Translations under genes and position numbers: made by a program
Shown: in pieces, positions 1-9,406 of the stretch
Numbering within the stretch: position 1 is the first letter of the stretch
Layout: every line of letters begins with the position of its first letter
Notes under the pieces: generated by a model
Told to the model about the DNA's origin: nothing
Database searches by the model: none
Seen by the model: the letters and a program-made list of their open reading frames with translations, nothing else
Source of the DNA: Syntrophales bacterium
GTDB lineage: Bacteria > Desulfobacterota > Syntrophia > Syntrophales > UBA5619
Assembly: GCA_023229765.1 (NCBI GenBank)
Contig: JALNYO010000020.1
Location: 1,525 to 65,524 of the forward strand
DNA length: 64,000 nucleotides
Reading direction: 5' to 3'

Positions 1-636
1 ATTTATGAAATTTTCTGGAGTGACGGAAGGTACCAGGAGCGAAAGAGAATGAATATTCCCCAGGGGCTTTCCATATACGGGCTTACCATGGACAAACTGG
101 GCGCGAGCGGTGCGGAAAGGATAATCGCGTTAAACAGTGACGATTATCTCTGCATCTTTGAACAGACTACACAACCTCTGTCCAAGGTCTTGGTCTTTGG
201 CGGCAGTGAGGAATTTGTCTGGAAGAGCGAGGAGAACTTTGGCGGAAGCAACACCTCTATCGAGCCCGTAAACATAACGCATTCGGGAGAAGCGGACAAC
301 CGGACTTATTTCATAAATTCGCGAATCATTACCTACGATACCAACAGAGACGGCAAACGGGAGATCATTATCCCGAAAAACATCTCTTCCTCTTCGCGGA
401 TGTTTCAGAATCTGAAGTTGTTTACGAGCGCCGAGGTATATGACCTCGAATGGGATGGTCTGGGAATCGTGGAAAGCTGGAAAACCAAAAAAATCAACGG
501 TTATGTAGCCGACTTCCAGTTTAAGGATATTGATAATGACGGGGAAAACGACATCGTTCTCGCCCTTGTTCTGTCCACGGGCGGGGCAATACGAGAGCGC
601 AGCGTCATCGTTTCTTATTCCTTGCAGGGCGAATAA
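1..636 (+). CDS. FG-GAP/VCBS-like repeat protein, C-terminal part (5' end outside window)
   Basis: The frame of ORF 49..636 stays open back to base 1. Asp/Asn-rich Ca-binding-like repeat motifs are present (YDTNRDGKREIIIP, FKDIDNDGENDIVLAL). Confidence 0.55.
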   Translation: MYEIFWSDGRYQERKRMNIPQGLSIYGLTMDKLGASGAERIIALNSDDYLCIFEQTTQPLSKVLVFGGSEEFVWKSEENFGGSNTSIEPVNITHSGEADNRTYFINSRIITYDTNRDGKREIIIPKNISSSSRMFQNLKLFTSAEVYDLEWDGLGIVESWKTKKINGYVADFQFKDIDNDGENDIVLALVLSTGGAIRERSVIVSYSLQGE

Positions 637-731
637 ACAACGAAGGGTTGACATTTGGCGGGAACTGCTGTCGGGCCTTTTGAAGTAAAAAATGCAAAGA
701 TGCAAGAAGCACATTGTGACGCAGTCATAAC

Positions 732-748
732 AAATCGGAAACCGATTT
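732..748. promoter_or_regulatory. Perfect 17-bp palindrome AAATCGG-AAA-CCGATTT, candidate operator
   Basis: Read directly from the sequence. It lies 25 nt upstream of the ATG at 774 and just upstream of the AAGGAG RBS (765-770). Confidence 0.3.
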
Positions 749-773
749 CTGCTTAGGGGAGGCCAAGGAGCCC

Positions 774-1967
774 ATGAAATTCTTATCCATTAACCGCCGG
801 GTGTTGGCGCTCTTGGCAGTCGTCGTGCCGCTGCTGGCCCTGTTGATCTACGTGGCATTGCGCTCCGGGCCGCTTGCGCCCATCCCCGTGACCGTGACCA
901 CCGCGGAAAGCCGTTCCATCGCACCGGCCCTGTTCGGCATCGGCACGGTCGAGGCCCGCTTTACCTATCGCATCGGACCAACGGTTGCCGGTCGGATCAA
1001 ACGGGTGGAGGTGCAGGTGGGTGACAGGGTCCAGGCGGGGCAGTTGCTTGGTGAAATGGACCCTGTGGACCTCGACGACCGGGTCGCTGCACAGGATGCC
1101 GCGCTCAAGCGCGCCGAGTCGGGTGTGCTGGCCGCCGAAGCCCAGGTACGGGAGGCATCGGCGCGCAAGAGCTATGCCGAAAATCAGGCAAGCCGCTATG
1201 AACAATTGCTGCAGGCGCGATCCGTGAGCGAAGAGGCGGTTGAGGGCAAGCGTCAGGAACGCCAGGTGACCGAGGCGAGTTTCGCCGCCGCCCGAGCGAA
1301 CCTCGATGCCGCGCGCCAGGAGTCGGCGCGGATCCACGCCGACCGCGGGGGGCTGATCCAACAGCGCGCCAATCTGCGCTTGATTGCACCGGTCCGCGGC
1401 CTGGTTGCAGCGCGGAACGCCGATCCCGGCACCACTGTGGTCGCCGGTCAGTCGGTAGTGGAGGTGATCGATCCCGCGGGTCTGTGGATCAATGTGCGCT
1501 TCGATCAACTGCGCGTATCGGGTCTGCGCACTGGGCTGCCGGTTCAGATCGTGCTGCGCTCGCAAGAGGGGATTCGATTTGCAGGGCGCGTACTGCGCCT
1601 GGAGCCGATGGCCGATGCGGTCACTGAGGAAACCCTGGCCAAGGTGATTTTCGATGCATTGCCGAAAAGGCTGCCTCCCGTCGGTGAACTGGCCGAGGTC
1701 ACGGTTGCGATGTCCGTGTTGCCGGAGACGCCTGTGGTGCCCAATGCCAGTGTGCAGCGGGTCGCCGGCCGTCTTGGAGTCTGGCTGATCGAAGAGGACA
1801 AACTGCGCTTCGCGCCGATCAGAGTGGGCGCGACCGACCTCGACGGACGGGTGCAGATCCTCGAAGGGATCAAGGCGGGCGAGCGGGTGGTCGTTTACAG
1901 CCAGCGCGCCCTTGGACCCCGCAGCCGCGTCAAGGTTGTTGAGCGCCTGGAAGGGGTTTCGCCATGA
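774..1967 (+). CDS. Efflux periplasmic adaptor subunit (HlyD/MacA/DevB family)
   Basis: N-terminal TM segment, long Ala/Gln/Arg-rich coiled-coil region, then beta-barrel-like C-terminus. First gene of the adaptor-permease-ATPase-OMF order. Very GC-rich. Confidence 0.8.
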   Translation: MKFLSINRRVLALLAVVVPLLALLIYVALRSGPLAPIPVTVTTAESRSIAPALFGIGTVEARFTYRIGPTVAGRIKRVEVQVGDRVQAGQLLGEMDPVDLDDRVAAQDAALKRAESGVLAAEAQVREASARKSYAENQASRYEQLLQARSVSEEAVEGKRQERQVTEASFAAARANLDAARQESARIHADRGGLIQQRANLRLIAPVRGLVAARNADPGTTVVAGQSVVEVIDPAGLWINVRFDQLRVSGLRTGLPVQIVLRSQEGIRFAGRVLRLEPMADAVTEETLAKVIFDALPKRLPPVGELAEVTVAMSVLPETPVVPNASVQRVAGRLGVWLIEEDKLRFAPIRVGATDLDGRVQILEGIKAGERVVVYSQRALGPRSRVKVVERLEGVSP

Positions 1968-3166
1968 TCAGTCTTGCAGGCCGCGACATCCTGAATTCCT
2001 GGGGGAAGTTTGTCTTTACCGGCGTGGGGCTGGGGCTGTTGATCGGCGTGACGCTGACCATGGCCGGCGTGTACCGCGGCATGGTGGACGACGCCAAAGT
2101 GCTGCTCGATAACAGCGGCGCCGACCTCTGGGTGGTGCAGCAGGACACCCTCGGCCCCTATGCCGAGCCGTCCAGCCTCTACGACGACGTTTATCGCACC
2201 ATTCGCGGAATGCCCGGGGTTGACCGGGCGGCCAACGTCACCTATCTGACTATGCAGGTACGGCAGGGCGAGCGCGACGTACGCGCCATGGTGGTGGGCG
2301 TCGTGCCCGGCGGCCCCGGCGAACCCGGGCAGCCCGGCTATCTCATCGCTGGTCGGCAAATCACGCGCAGCCACTATGAGGCCGTCGCCGATGTCGCCAC
2401 CGGATTTAAACTTGGCGAGCGCATCCATATCCGCCGCAACCACTATGCGGTGGTCGGGCTGACCCGGCGCATGGTCTCCTCCGGCGGCGACCCGATGGTG
2501 TTCATCCCGCTCAAGGACGCGCAGGAGGCGCAGTTCCTCAAAGACAACGACGCCATTGCCCAGCAGCGCCGCCGAACTGCCGGGAACCCGGCCTTCAATC
2601 GTCCTGGGACGCCGGGTCTTCTCGATGCGGTGCTTGCCTCGCAAAGTGTCAACCCTTACATCAATGCGGTGCTGGTGCAGGTCAAGCCCGGCTTCATCCC
2701 CGAGGAGGTGGCTGAACCGATTAGGCGCTGGAAGCGCTTGCAGGTTTATACCCGCGTACAGATGGAAGAGATCCTGATCGGCAAGCTGATTGCCACCGCG
2801 GCCAAACAGATCGGCATGTTCCTGGTGATTCTCGCCATCGTCAGTGCCGCCATCGTTGCCTTCATCATCTATACCTTGACTCTCGGCAAGATCCGCGAGA
2901 TCGCGGTGCTCAAACTAATCGGCACCCGAAACCGCACCATCGCCTGGATGATCATGCAGCAGGCGCTGGGCTTGGGTTTGATCGGCTTCGTCGTGGGAAA
3001 GATTGCCGCCACCTTCTGGGCGCCGATTTTTCCAAAATACGTGCTGCTCGAACCGGGCGATGCGCTGCTCGGCTTCGCCGGCGTTTTTGTGATCTGTGCC
3101 CTGGCGAGCGTCCTGGCCATCCGCGCCGCCCTCAAAGTGGATCCGGCGGAGGCGATCGGTGGCTGA
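1964..3166 (+). CDS. ABC transporter permease, FtsX/MacB (DevC)-type
   Basis: 400 aa. N-terminal TM, large periplasmic domain, C-terminal 3-TM FtsX-like block (IREIAVLKLIGTRNRTI). ATGA overlap with the upstream gene. Confidence 0.8.
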   Translation: MISLAGRDILNSWGKFVFTGVGLGLLIGVTLTMAGVYRGMVDDAKVLLDNSGADLWVVQQDTLGPYAEPSSLYDDVYRTIRGMPGVDRAANVTYLTMQVRQGERDVRAMVVGVVPGGPGEPGQPGYLIAGRQITRSHYEAVADVATGFKLGERIHIRRNHYAVVGLTRRMVSSGGDPMVFIPLKDAQEAQFLKDNDAIAQQRRRTAGNPAFNRPGTPGLLDAVLASQSVNPYINAVLVQVKPGFIPEEVAEPIRRWKRLQVYTRVQMEEILIGKLIATAAKQIGMFLVILAIVSAAIVAFIIYTLTLGKIREIAVLKLIGTRNRTIAWMIMQQALGLGLIGFVVGKIAATFWAPIFPKYVLLEPGDALLGFAGVFVICALASVLAIRAALKVDPAEAIGG

Positions 3167-3167
3167 C

Positions 3168-3878
3168 GTGCTCGAAAAAGGGATCCGCATTGAGGGATTG
3201 CGCAAACGCTACGGAAAGGGCGACACCGCTGTCGATGCGCTCAAGGGGGTGGATATGCAGGTCGCCCCCGGCGAGGTGGTCGGGCTGATCGGTCCGTCGG
3301 GCTCCGGCAAGAGCACCCTGCTCAAATGCCTGGGCGCCGTGATCGAGCCGACCGCCGGGCGGATGACGCTGGGGGAAGAGGTGATCTATGACGACGGCTG
3401 GAAGATTCCCGATCTGCGCGCCCTGCGTCGCGACAAAATCGGATTCGTCTTTCAGGCGCCCTACCTGATCCCGTTCCTCGACGTCACCGACAACGTGGCT
3501 TTGCTGCCCATGCTGGCCGGACACCCCAATGCCGAATCCCGGAAGCGCGCGCTGGAATTGCTTGAAGCGCTGGACGTGGCGCATCGCGCCAAAGCCATGC
3601 CGTCGCAACTCTCCGGCGGCGAACAGCAGCGTGTCTCCATCGCCCGGGCGCTGGTCAACCGGCCACCGGTGATCCTCGCCGACGAGCCGACAGCGCCGCT
3701 GGACAGCGAACGGGCCTTGGCCGTGATTCGCATTCTCAATCAGATGGCCCGCCAATACGAGACCGCCATCATCGTCGTGACGCACGACGAGAAGATCATC
3801 CCGACCTTCAAGCGCATCTACCACATCCGGGATGGCAAGACCCAGGAGGAAGCCGGCGAGGGGCGGGCGTTCGAATGA
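3168..3878 (+). CDS. ABC transporter ATP-binding protein (MacB/LolD/DevA-like)
   Basis: Walker [10 protein letters not shown], signature LSGGEQQR, Walker B ILADEPT. I moved the start to the GTG at 3168, 1 nt after the permease stop. The ORF-track N-terminus overlaps the permease. Confidence 0.9.
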   Translation: MLEKGIRIEGLRKRYGKGDTAVDALKGVDMQVAPGEVVGLIGPSGSGKSTLLKCLGAVIEPTAGRMTLGEEVIYDDGWKIPDLRALRRDKIGFVFQAPYLIPFLDVTDNVALLPMLAGHPNAESRKRALELLEALDVAHRAKAMPSQLSGGEQQRVSIARALVNRPPVILADEPTAPLDSERALAVIRILNQMARQYETAIIVVTHDEKIIPTFKRIYHIRDGKTQEEAGEGRAFE

Positions 3879-3910
3879 GAACCATGCATTTTTTAGAAAC
3901 GGAGTCGTCC

Positions 3911-5437
3911 ATGAAAACACCTAGCCGCACACGCCCCATGGGCGCATTGCTTCGACCGGCCTGCTTGGTCCTGTGCGCGGGAATACTGGCCGGATGCGTC
4001 GTCGGTCCCGACTTCCAGCGACCCGAGCCGCCGCCGGTTTCCGGCTACACAGCCACGGCCCTGCCTGTGCAAACCGCTTCGGCCCCCGGCAGCCTGGGCG
4101 ACGCCCAGCGCTTTGTCGCCGGCGGGGCAATCCCCGCCGCCTGGTGGCAGGAATTGGGTTCGGAAAAACTGAATGAGCTGGTACAACAGGCGCTGCAGTC
4201 CAGTCCCACACTGGAAGCGGCCAAGGCCACGCTTCGGCAGGCGCAGCGAACCTACGAGGCGCAGGCCGGATCATCGCTGTACCCTCAAGCGACCGGCAAA
4301 CTGGGTGGACAGCGCCAGAACATCAACAACGCTCCCTCCGGCCAGGAGGGTGGGGAACGTACGTTCGATCTGTACAACACCAGCGTGGGTGTGAGCTACA
4401 ACCTGGACCTGTTTGGCGGCAACCGCCGCGCCCTTGAAGCTCTTGCCGCTCAGGCGGACTACCAGCGCTACCAGCTCGAAGGTGCGCGCCTTACACTGGC
4501 GGCTAATGTGGTGACGACAGTCATCCTTCAAGCGCAACTGGCCGTGCAAATCCAGGCCAGCGAGACCATTCTTACAACGCAGGAAGCACAACTCGCCCTG
4601 ACGCGCCGGCGTCTCGCACTCGGCGCCGCTTCTCAAAACGACGTCTTGCCGCTGCAAATCCAGTTGGAGCAGATCCGTGCCGGCATACCACCGCTACGCA
4701 ACCGGCTGGAGCAGACAAATCATCTGCTGGCGATGCTCATCGGCCGGCCGCCGGGGAGCACCGCCATGCCGCAATTCGCCTTGGCCGATTTCATCCTGCC
4801 GACCGAATTGCCGCTTCGCGTGCCCTCCGAACTGGCGCGGCGGCGTCCGGACATTCAAGCTTCTGAAGCATTGCTGCACGCCGCCAACGCCCAATACGGC
4901 GTGGCCGTGTCCAAACAGTACCCGCGGATTACACTCAGCGCCGATCTTGGATTTCAAGCCCTCACTGCCGCCAGTCTGTTCGGCAGCGGCTCACTGGTCT
5001 GGGGGCTTGCGGGACAACTGGCGCAACCCCTCTTCAACGGAGGACTTCGAGCCGAAGTGCGTGCCGCCGAATCGGGATTCGACGCCGTCGCGGCCAACTA
5101 TCGCCAGACCGTTCTGCAGGCGCTGCGCAACGTGGCCGATGTGCTGCGCGCACTCGACAACGACGCTCAGACCCTGGCGGCGCAAGCCGCCGCTGATGCA
5201 TCAGCGCAGGAATCACTGCAACTGATGCGAAAACAGTATGCCCTGGGCGCAGTCAGCTATTTACAACTTCTCATCGCGCAGCAGCAAGCGCAGCAAACAG
5301 CCATTGCCCTGATCGCGGCAAGGGCTCAGCGCCTGGCCGACACCGTCGCATTGTACCAAAGCATGGGTGGCGGATGGTCGCACGACGAAGCGATTGCCAG
5401 ACCAGGCGAGCTACCTGGCGCATCGTTGACAGATTGA
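3911..5437 (+). CDS. Outer-membrane efflux lipoprotein (NodT/OprM family OMF)
   Basis: Lipobox LAGC after a signal peptide from the ATG at 3911. Two OEP-type repeats. C-terminal ALYQSMGGGW motif typical of NodT-family factors. Confidence 0.85.
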   Translation: MKTPSRTRPMGALLRPACLVLCAGILAGCVVGPDFQRPEPPPVSGYTATALPVQTASAPGSLGDAQRFVAGGAIPAAWWQELGSEKLNELVQQALQSSPTLEAAKATLRQAQRTYEAQAGSSLYPQATGKLGGQRQNINNAPSGQEGGERTFDLYNTSVGVSYNLDLFGGNRRALEALAAQADYQRYQLEGARLTLAANVVTTVILQAQLAVQIQASETILTTQEAQLALTRRRLALGAASQNDVLPLQIQLEQIRAGIPPLRNRLEQTNHLLAMLIGRPPGSTAMPQFALADFILPTELPLRVPSELARRRPDIQASEALLHAANAQYGVAVSKQYPRITLSADLGFQALTAASLFGSGSLVWGLAGQLAQPLFNGGLRAEVRAAESGFDAVAANYRQTVLQALRNVADVLRALDNDAQTLAAQAAADASAQESLQLMRKQYALGAVSYLQLLIAQQQAQQTAIALIAARAQRLADTVALYQSMGGGWSHDEAIARPGELPGASLTD

Positions 5438-5477
5438 TTCAAAATCTCCAAACGGCGAAGGATAAGCAGGCTTAATA

Positions 5478-6962
5478 ATGAAAAAATCAGGCGCTAAATG
5501 GCGGCATTACGGTACTGGGGGAGGGATGATCCTTCTTTTTATGGTACTGTTGTTTTTTCGCCTGGATATTCCGGATAAAATTTTAAAAGGGTTAGAGAAA
5601 CAGACGCTTGTCACTAATATATCCTTCTCAAGCGGCGAGGTCTGGATGGAGATAACCCAAAACCAGAGAAAAATAGGTTATGCCTTGCGGCGGCAGGTGC
5701 AAACGGAGAAGGGGAGTGAATTTTCCGAGGATATCTTCATGAAAGTCAATACCATGGGAGTCATCCAGCCGGTAACTATTCACACCCAGGCGAATCTCAA
5801 GCCGGGAGGCGAGCTGTCCAGTTTTCAGTTCGCCCTTGGCTCGAACCTGTTTAAATTTGCCGCTGTGGGAACGATTGAAAATGGCAAAATGTCGGTTCGT
5901 ATGGGCGATGACAACAAACAGAAGGTTTTTCCGATCCCGGCCCCCGTCTATTTAGGAGGCTCTGTAATCGCGGCCGCCGGGCGTGGAGAGCTGAAACAGG
6001 GTGAGCAGAGAAGCTTTCCGTTGTTTGATCCCGCCTCTTTGTCCAGCCGGGAGGTTAAGATAACGTCCCTCGGGGAAGATAAACTGACGGTCAGGGGAAA
6101 GGCAGTTTCGGCAAGAAAGCTGGCTCTTGATTTCATGGGGATGAAACAGGTTGCCTGGGTTTCTCCTGATGGGGTTGTCCTGCGCGAAGAGGGGATACTG
6201 GGGATCGTATTGCAGGAGGTTTCAAAAAAGGAGGCGCTATCCGGTCTTGATGACGCGGCCGGTTCCGATTTCACCACTGCCGCCGCAATCCCTGTGTCCC
6301 CGCCGATTGATGATGCCCCCGGCTTAAAGATATTAACCGTTCGTCTTCATAATCTTTCCGCCGGACATTTTCTGCTTGAGGGCGGGCGCCAGACATACCG
6401 TGATGGACTTCTGACCGTCCATCACGAGAAACAGCTCAAGCAGATGTACCCATTTCCAAGTGTGTCAGAAAATCCTGATCTTTATCTGAAAGAGGCGCCG
6501 TTTATTGAGGCGGATAATCCGAAAATACGGCGTAAGGTTTCCGAAATTGTCGCTGCCTCCGATGACGAGATGACGAAAGCTGAGAAACTGGTAAGATGGC
6601 TGCATAAAAACATTGCCAAGCGGCCGGTTCTTTCTGTGCCGGACGCTTTGCAAACACTGGAAAACATGGTCGGAGACTGCAACGAGCATGCAGTTTTACT
6701 GGCGGCGATGGGAAGGGCGGCCGGACTGCCGACGGAAATCGAAACAGGTCTTGTTTACATGCGCGGCAGCTTCTTCTTTCATGCCTGGAATGCCTTCTAT
6801 ATAAAAAAACTGGGCGGCTGGGTCACCGCGGATGCCACTCTCGGCCAGATGCCTGCGGATGTGACGCATTTGCGTTTTGCCCGTGGTTCTCTTGAGAAGC
6901 AAATGGACATGACTGGTCTGATCGGGAGATTGAAATTGGAGATCGTGAGAATGGGAAGATGA
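5478..6962 (+). CDS. Transglutaminase-like domain membrane-anchored protein
   Basis: N-terminal TM. C-terminal transglutaminase core (GDCNEHAVLLAAMGRAAGLP ... FFFHAWN ... D). Confidence 0.75.
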   Translation: MKKSGAKWRHYGTGGGMILLFMVLLFFRLDIPDKILKGLEKQTLVTNISFSSGEVWMEITQNQRKIGYALRRQVQTEKGSEFSEDIFMKVNTMGVIQPVTIHTQANLKPGGELSSFQFALGSNLFKFAAVGTIENGKMSVRMGDDNKQKVFPIPAPVYLGGSVIAAAGRGELKQGEQRSFPLFDPASLSSREVKITSLGEDKLTVRGKAVSARKLALDFMGMKQVAWVSPDGVVLREEGILGIVLQEVSKKEALSGLDDAAGSDFTTAAAIPVSPPIDDAPGLKILTVRLHNLSAGHFLLEGGRQTYRDGLLTVHHEKQLKQMYPFPSVSENPDLYLKEAPFIEADNPKIRRKVSEIVAASDDEMTKAEKLVRWLHKNIAKRPVLSVPDALQTLENMVGDCNEHAVLLAAMGRAAGLPTEIETGLVYMRGSFFFHAWNAFYIKKLGGWVTADATLGQMPADVTHLRFARGSLEKQMDMTGLIGRLKLEIVRMGR

Positions 6963-7702
6963 TCGAACTGACAAATCTGACAAAAAGATATGGGCGCAAC
7001 CTGGCCGTTGACCATTTGAACCTGACCGTAGAGAAGGGGGAGCTCTTTGGCTTTATCGGGCCCAACGGCGCCGGCAAGACGACCACCCTGCGCATGATGG
7101 CGGGAATCCTCGGCGCAACAGAAGGAACCATAGCAATTGCCGGGATCGATGTTGCGCAATATCCTGAAAAAGCAAAGAAAATCATAGGATTTATTCCGGA
7201 CAGGCCCTTTCTCTACGAGAAGCTGACCGGGAGGGAGTTCATGGGTTTTATCGGCGATCTCTATGGAGTTGCCGAAGAGGACTTCCCTGAAAGAGTTAAT
7301 GAGCTCCTGCAGAATTTTTCCCTCTACGATTGGGGCGATCATCTCATCGAGGCATATTCGCATGGGATGAAGCAGCGGCTTATCATCGCCTCGGCGCTTT
7401 TGCACAAACCGGAAATAATTATCGTTGATGAACCGATGGTAGGTCTGGATCCGGCCGGGATCAGAGTGGTCAAGAACATCTTCCGGGGCTTGGCCGCAAA
7501 CGGCGTTACCATTTTTATGTCCACCCATACGCTGGAGATAGCAGAGGATCTCTGTGACCGGATCGGAATTATCCACCAGGGCCGGATGATCGCCCTCGGA
7601 ACCACCGGTGATTTAAGGGGAACCGCCCGCCTGAACGAGGGGGATCTGGAGGAGGTATTTCTCCGGCTTACCCAAAAAAGCGAAGGGGAGGGGGCTTCAT
7701 GA
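6959..7702 (+). CDS. ABC transporter ATP-binding protein (ABC-2/DrrA-like)
   Basis: Walker A GPNGAGKTT, signature YSHGMKQRL, Walker B IIIVDEP. ATGA overlap with the upstream gene. Confidence 0.9.
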   Translation: MIELTNLTKRYGRNLAVDHLNLTVEKGELFGFIGPNGAGKTTTLRMMAGILGATEGTIAIAGIDVAQYPEKAKKIIGFIPDRPFLYEKLTGREFMGFIGDLYGVAEEDFPERVNELLQNFSLYDWGDHLIEAYSHGMKQRLIIASALLHKPEIIIVDEPMVGLDPAGIRVVKNIFRGLAANGVTIFMSTHTLEIAEDLCDRIGIIHQGRMIALGTTGDLRGTARLNEGDLEEVFLRLTQKSEGEGAS

Positions 7703-9390
7703 AAGAGATATGGCTGTTGCTTCTGCCGCGCTGCCTCTCTTTCAAAAACGCGGGCATTTCCCAGAACGGGGGAAACCGTCGCCGGCGGATGCTGATTTTT
7801 ACCTTTATTGGCATCCTCTTCTGGACAGGCGTGTTCATTGCTTTTTATCGAGTGCTGACATATTTTCGAGGCATCGAGGAATTCGGCGATATACTTGCCC
7901 AGAAGCTGCTTTCGATGGTGATCATGACCATCTTCTCGCTGCTTGTCTTCAGCGGCATAGTCGTCTCCCTCTCCAAACTCTACCTGAGTCGCGACCTTAT
8001 TCTTGTGCATTCTCTGCCGGTAAAACGCGAAAAGATCTTCCTCGCGCGCTGGATAGAAAGCGTCATCGACAGTTCCTGGATGGCGCTTTTCTTCAGCATG
8101 CCGGTTTTTCTTTCGTATGGCATTGTTTATAAGGCGCATGCATTTTATTATCTGACGGCAGGCATGACGATGATCTCACTTTGCATCACCGCCTCGGCGC
8201 TGGGAGTCTTTCTGGTATTGATGGCAGCTTATATTCTTCCCGCCGGGAGAATTCGCGCTCTTTTCGTTTTCCTGGGGCTGCTTTTTGTCGTCGCGCTGAT
8301 CGTGGCCTTTCGTCTGATGCGCCCGGAAAGGCTGGTTAATCCGGAGAGCTTCGCCAGTCTTATTTTGTATTTGAAGGAGATGCAAACAGCCGGCTCGCCG
8401 CTCCTGCCGACAACCTGGGCATTTGACAGCCTGACAATGGCACTGGAAAATCTAAAGGGGAAGGCCCTTTTTCATCTGGCTCTCTGCTGGAGCTGCGCGG
8501 GGGCGCTTTACTTTATCGTCAACTGGACGGCTGGGGTTGTTTATTTTAGCGGATATACAAAGGCGCAGACAGCGTCGGCAAGGCTTCTTATCCACAAAAC
8601 ACTTATCTCTCCCCGGCGTCAGCGACTCTCCGGAATGATTGCCAGACCCGTCAGGGCGATGGCAGTAAAGGAAGTCCGGACCTTTTTCCGCGACCAGACT
8701 CAGTGGACGCAGCTTTTTTTGATCGCTGCCCTGATTATTATCTATCTTTACAACTTTTCCGTTTTGCCGGTAAATCAGGCAAAAATCCGAACGGTGTATG
8801 TACAGAATATCTTCTCTTTTTTGAACATGGGACTGGCAGCCTTCGTTCTGACGGCAATAGCGGCCAGGTTTGTTTATCCGGCTGTGAGTTGCGAGGGAGA
8901 TGCCTTCTGGATCATCAGGGCGGCGCCCGTTGAACTGCGCAAGTTTCTCTGGGTAAAATTCCTAGTATATTATATTCCGCTGGCAGTTCTAAGCGAGTTT
9001 CTTATCGTTATTTCGAATATTCTTCTTCAAGTTGCGCCATTTATGATGGTTTTATCGGTTGTGACAATTTTTCTTGTGACACCGGGGATTATTGCTCTGG
9101 GAATAGGACTGGGCGCTGCATACAATGATTTTCATTCCGAAAATCCCGCTCAGTCGGTCACCAGTTTTGGCGGACTGCTGTTTATGCTGATTTCCGCTGG
9201 GTTTATCGCGGCGGTAATTATCCTTGAGGCAGGGCCCGTCTATCAGTTTTTTATGGCGGACATTCAGGGCAGAAGACTTGCCACTCTGCAATGGGTATGG
9301 CTGGCAGGCTCCTTCTTCATGGTCTCACTGATCTGCGTGCTGACGGTCATTCTGCCTATGCGTCTCGGCGAAAGGCGCCTGAATGGTTAA
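7699..9390 (+). CDS. Large polytopic membrane protein, putative ABC exporter permease partner
   Basis: 563 aa with many hydrophobic segments. ATGA overlap with the preceding ATPase gene. Function is inferred from context only. Confidence 0.55.
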   Translation: MKEIWLLLLPRCLSFKNAGISQNGGNRRRRMLIFTFIGILFWTGVFIAFYRVLTYFRGIEEFGDILAQKLLSMVIMTIFSLLVFSGIVVSLSKLYLSRDLILVHSLPVKREKIFLARWIESVIDSSWMALFFSMPVFLSYGIVYKAHAFYYLTAGMTMISLCITASALGVFLVLMAAYILPAGRIRALFVFLGLLFVVALIVAFRLMRPERLVNPESFASLILYLKEMQTAGSPLLPTTWAFDSLTMALENLKGKALFHLALCWSCAGALYFIVNWTAGVVYFSGYTKAQTASARLLIHKTLISPRRQRLSGMIARPVRAMAVKEVRTFFRDQTQWTQLFLIAALIIIYLYNFSVLPVNQAKIRTVYVQNIFSFLNMGLAAFVLTAIAARFVYPAVSCEGDAFWIIRAAPVELRKFLWVKFLVYYIPLAVLSEFLIVISNILLQVAPFMMVLSVVTIFLVTPGIIALGIGLGAAYNDFHSENPAQSVTSFGGLLFMLISAGFIAAVIILEAGPVYQFFMADIQGRRLATLQWVWLAGSFFMVSLICVLTVILPMRLGERRLNG

Positions 9391-9406
9391 TCAGGCGTGT
9401 TGCCGC

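Noticed and set aside
783-3920. Multiple long antisense or alternate-frame ORFs within the GC-rich block (e.g. 783..1565, 1895..2644, 3132..3920)
   Set aside because: High GC suppresses stop codons in all frames. Their translations are Arg/Pro/Gly/Ala-rich nonsense, whereas the plus-strand frames give coherent efflux-pump families.
637-5477. Direct or inverted repeats marking the ends of the GC-rich island
   Set aside because: The best match found by eye is a 7-nt CTGCTTA/TAAGCAG inverted match near 751-757 and around 5460-5470. That is too short to distinguish from chance.
6797-8139. Minus-strand ORFs 6797..7576 (259 aa) and 7339..8139 (266 aa)
   Set aside because: These are antisense to the ABC ATPase and permease genes. 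No motifs were recognised.
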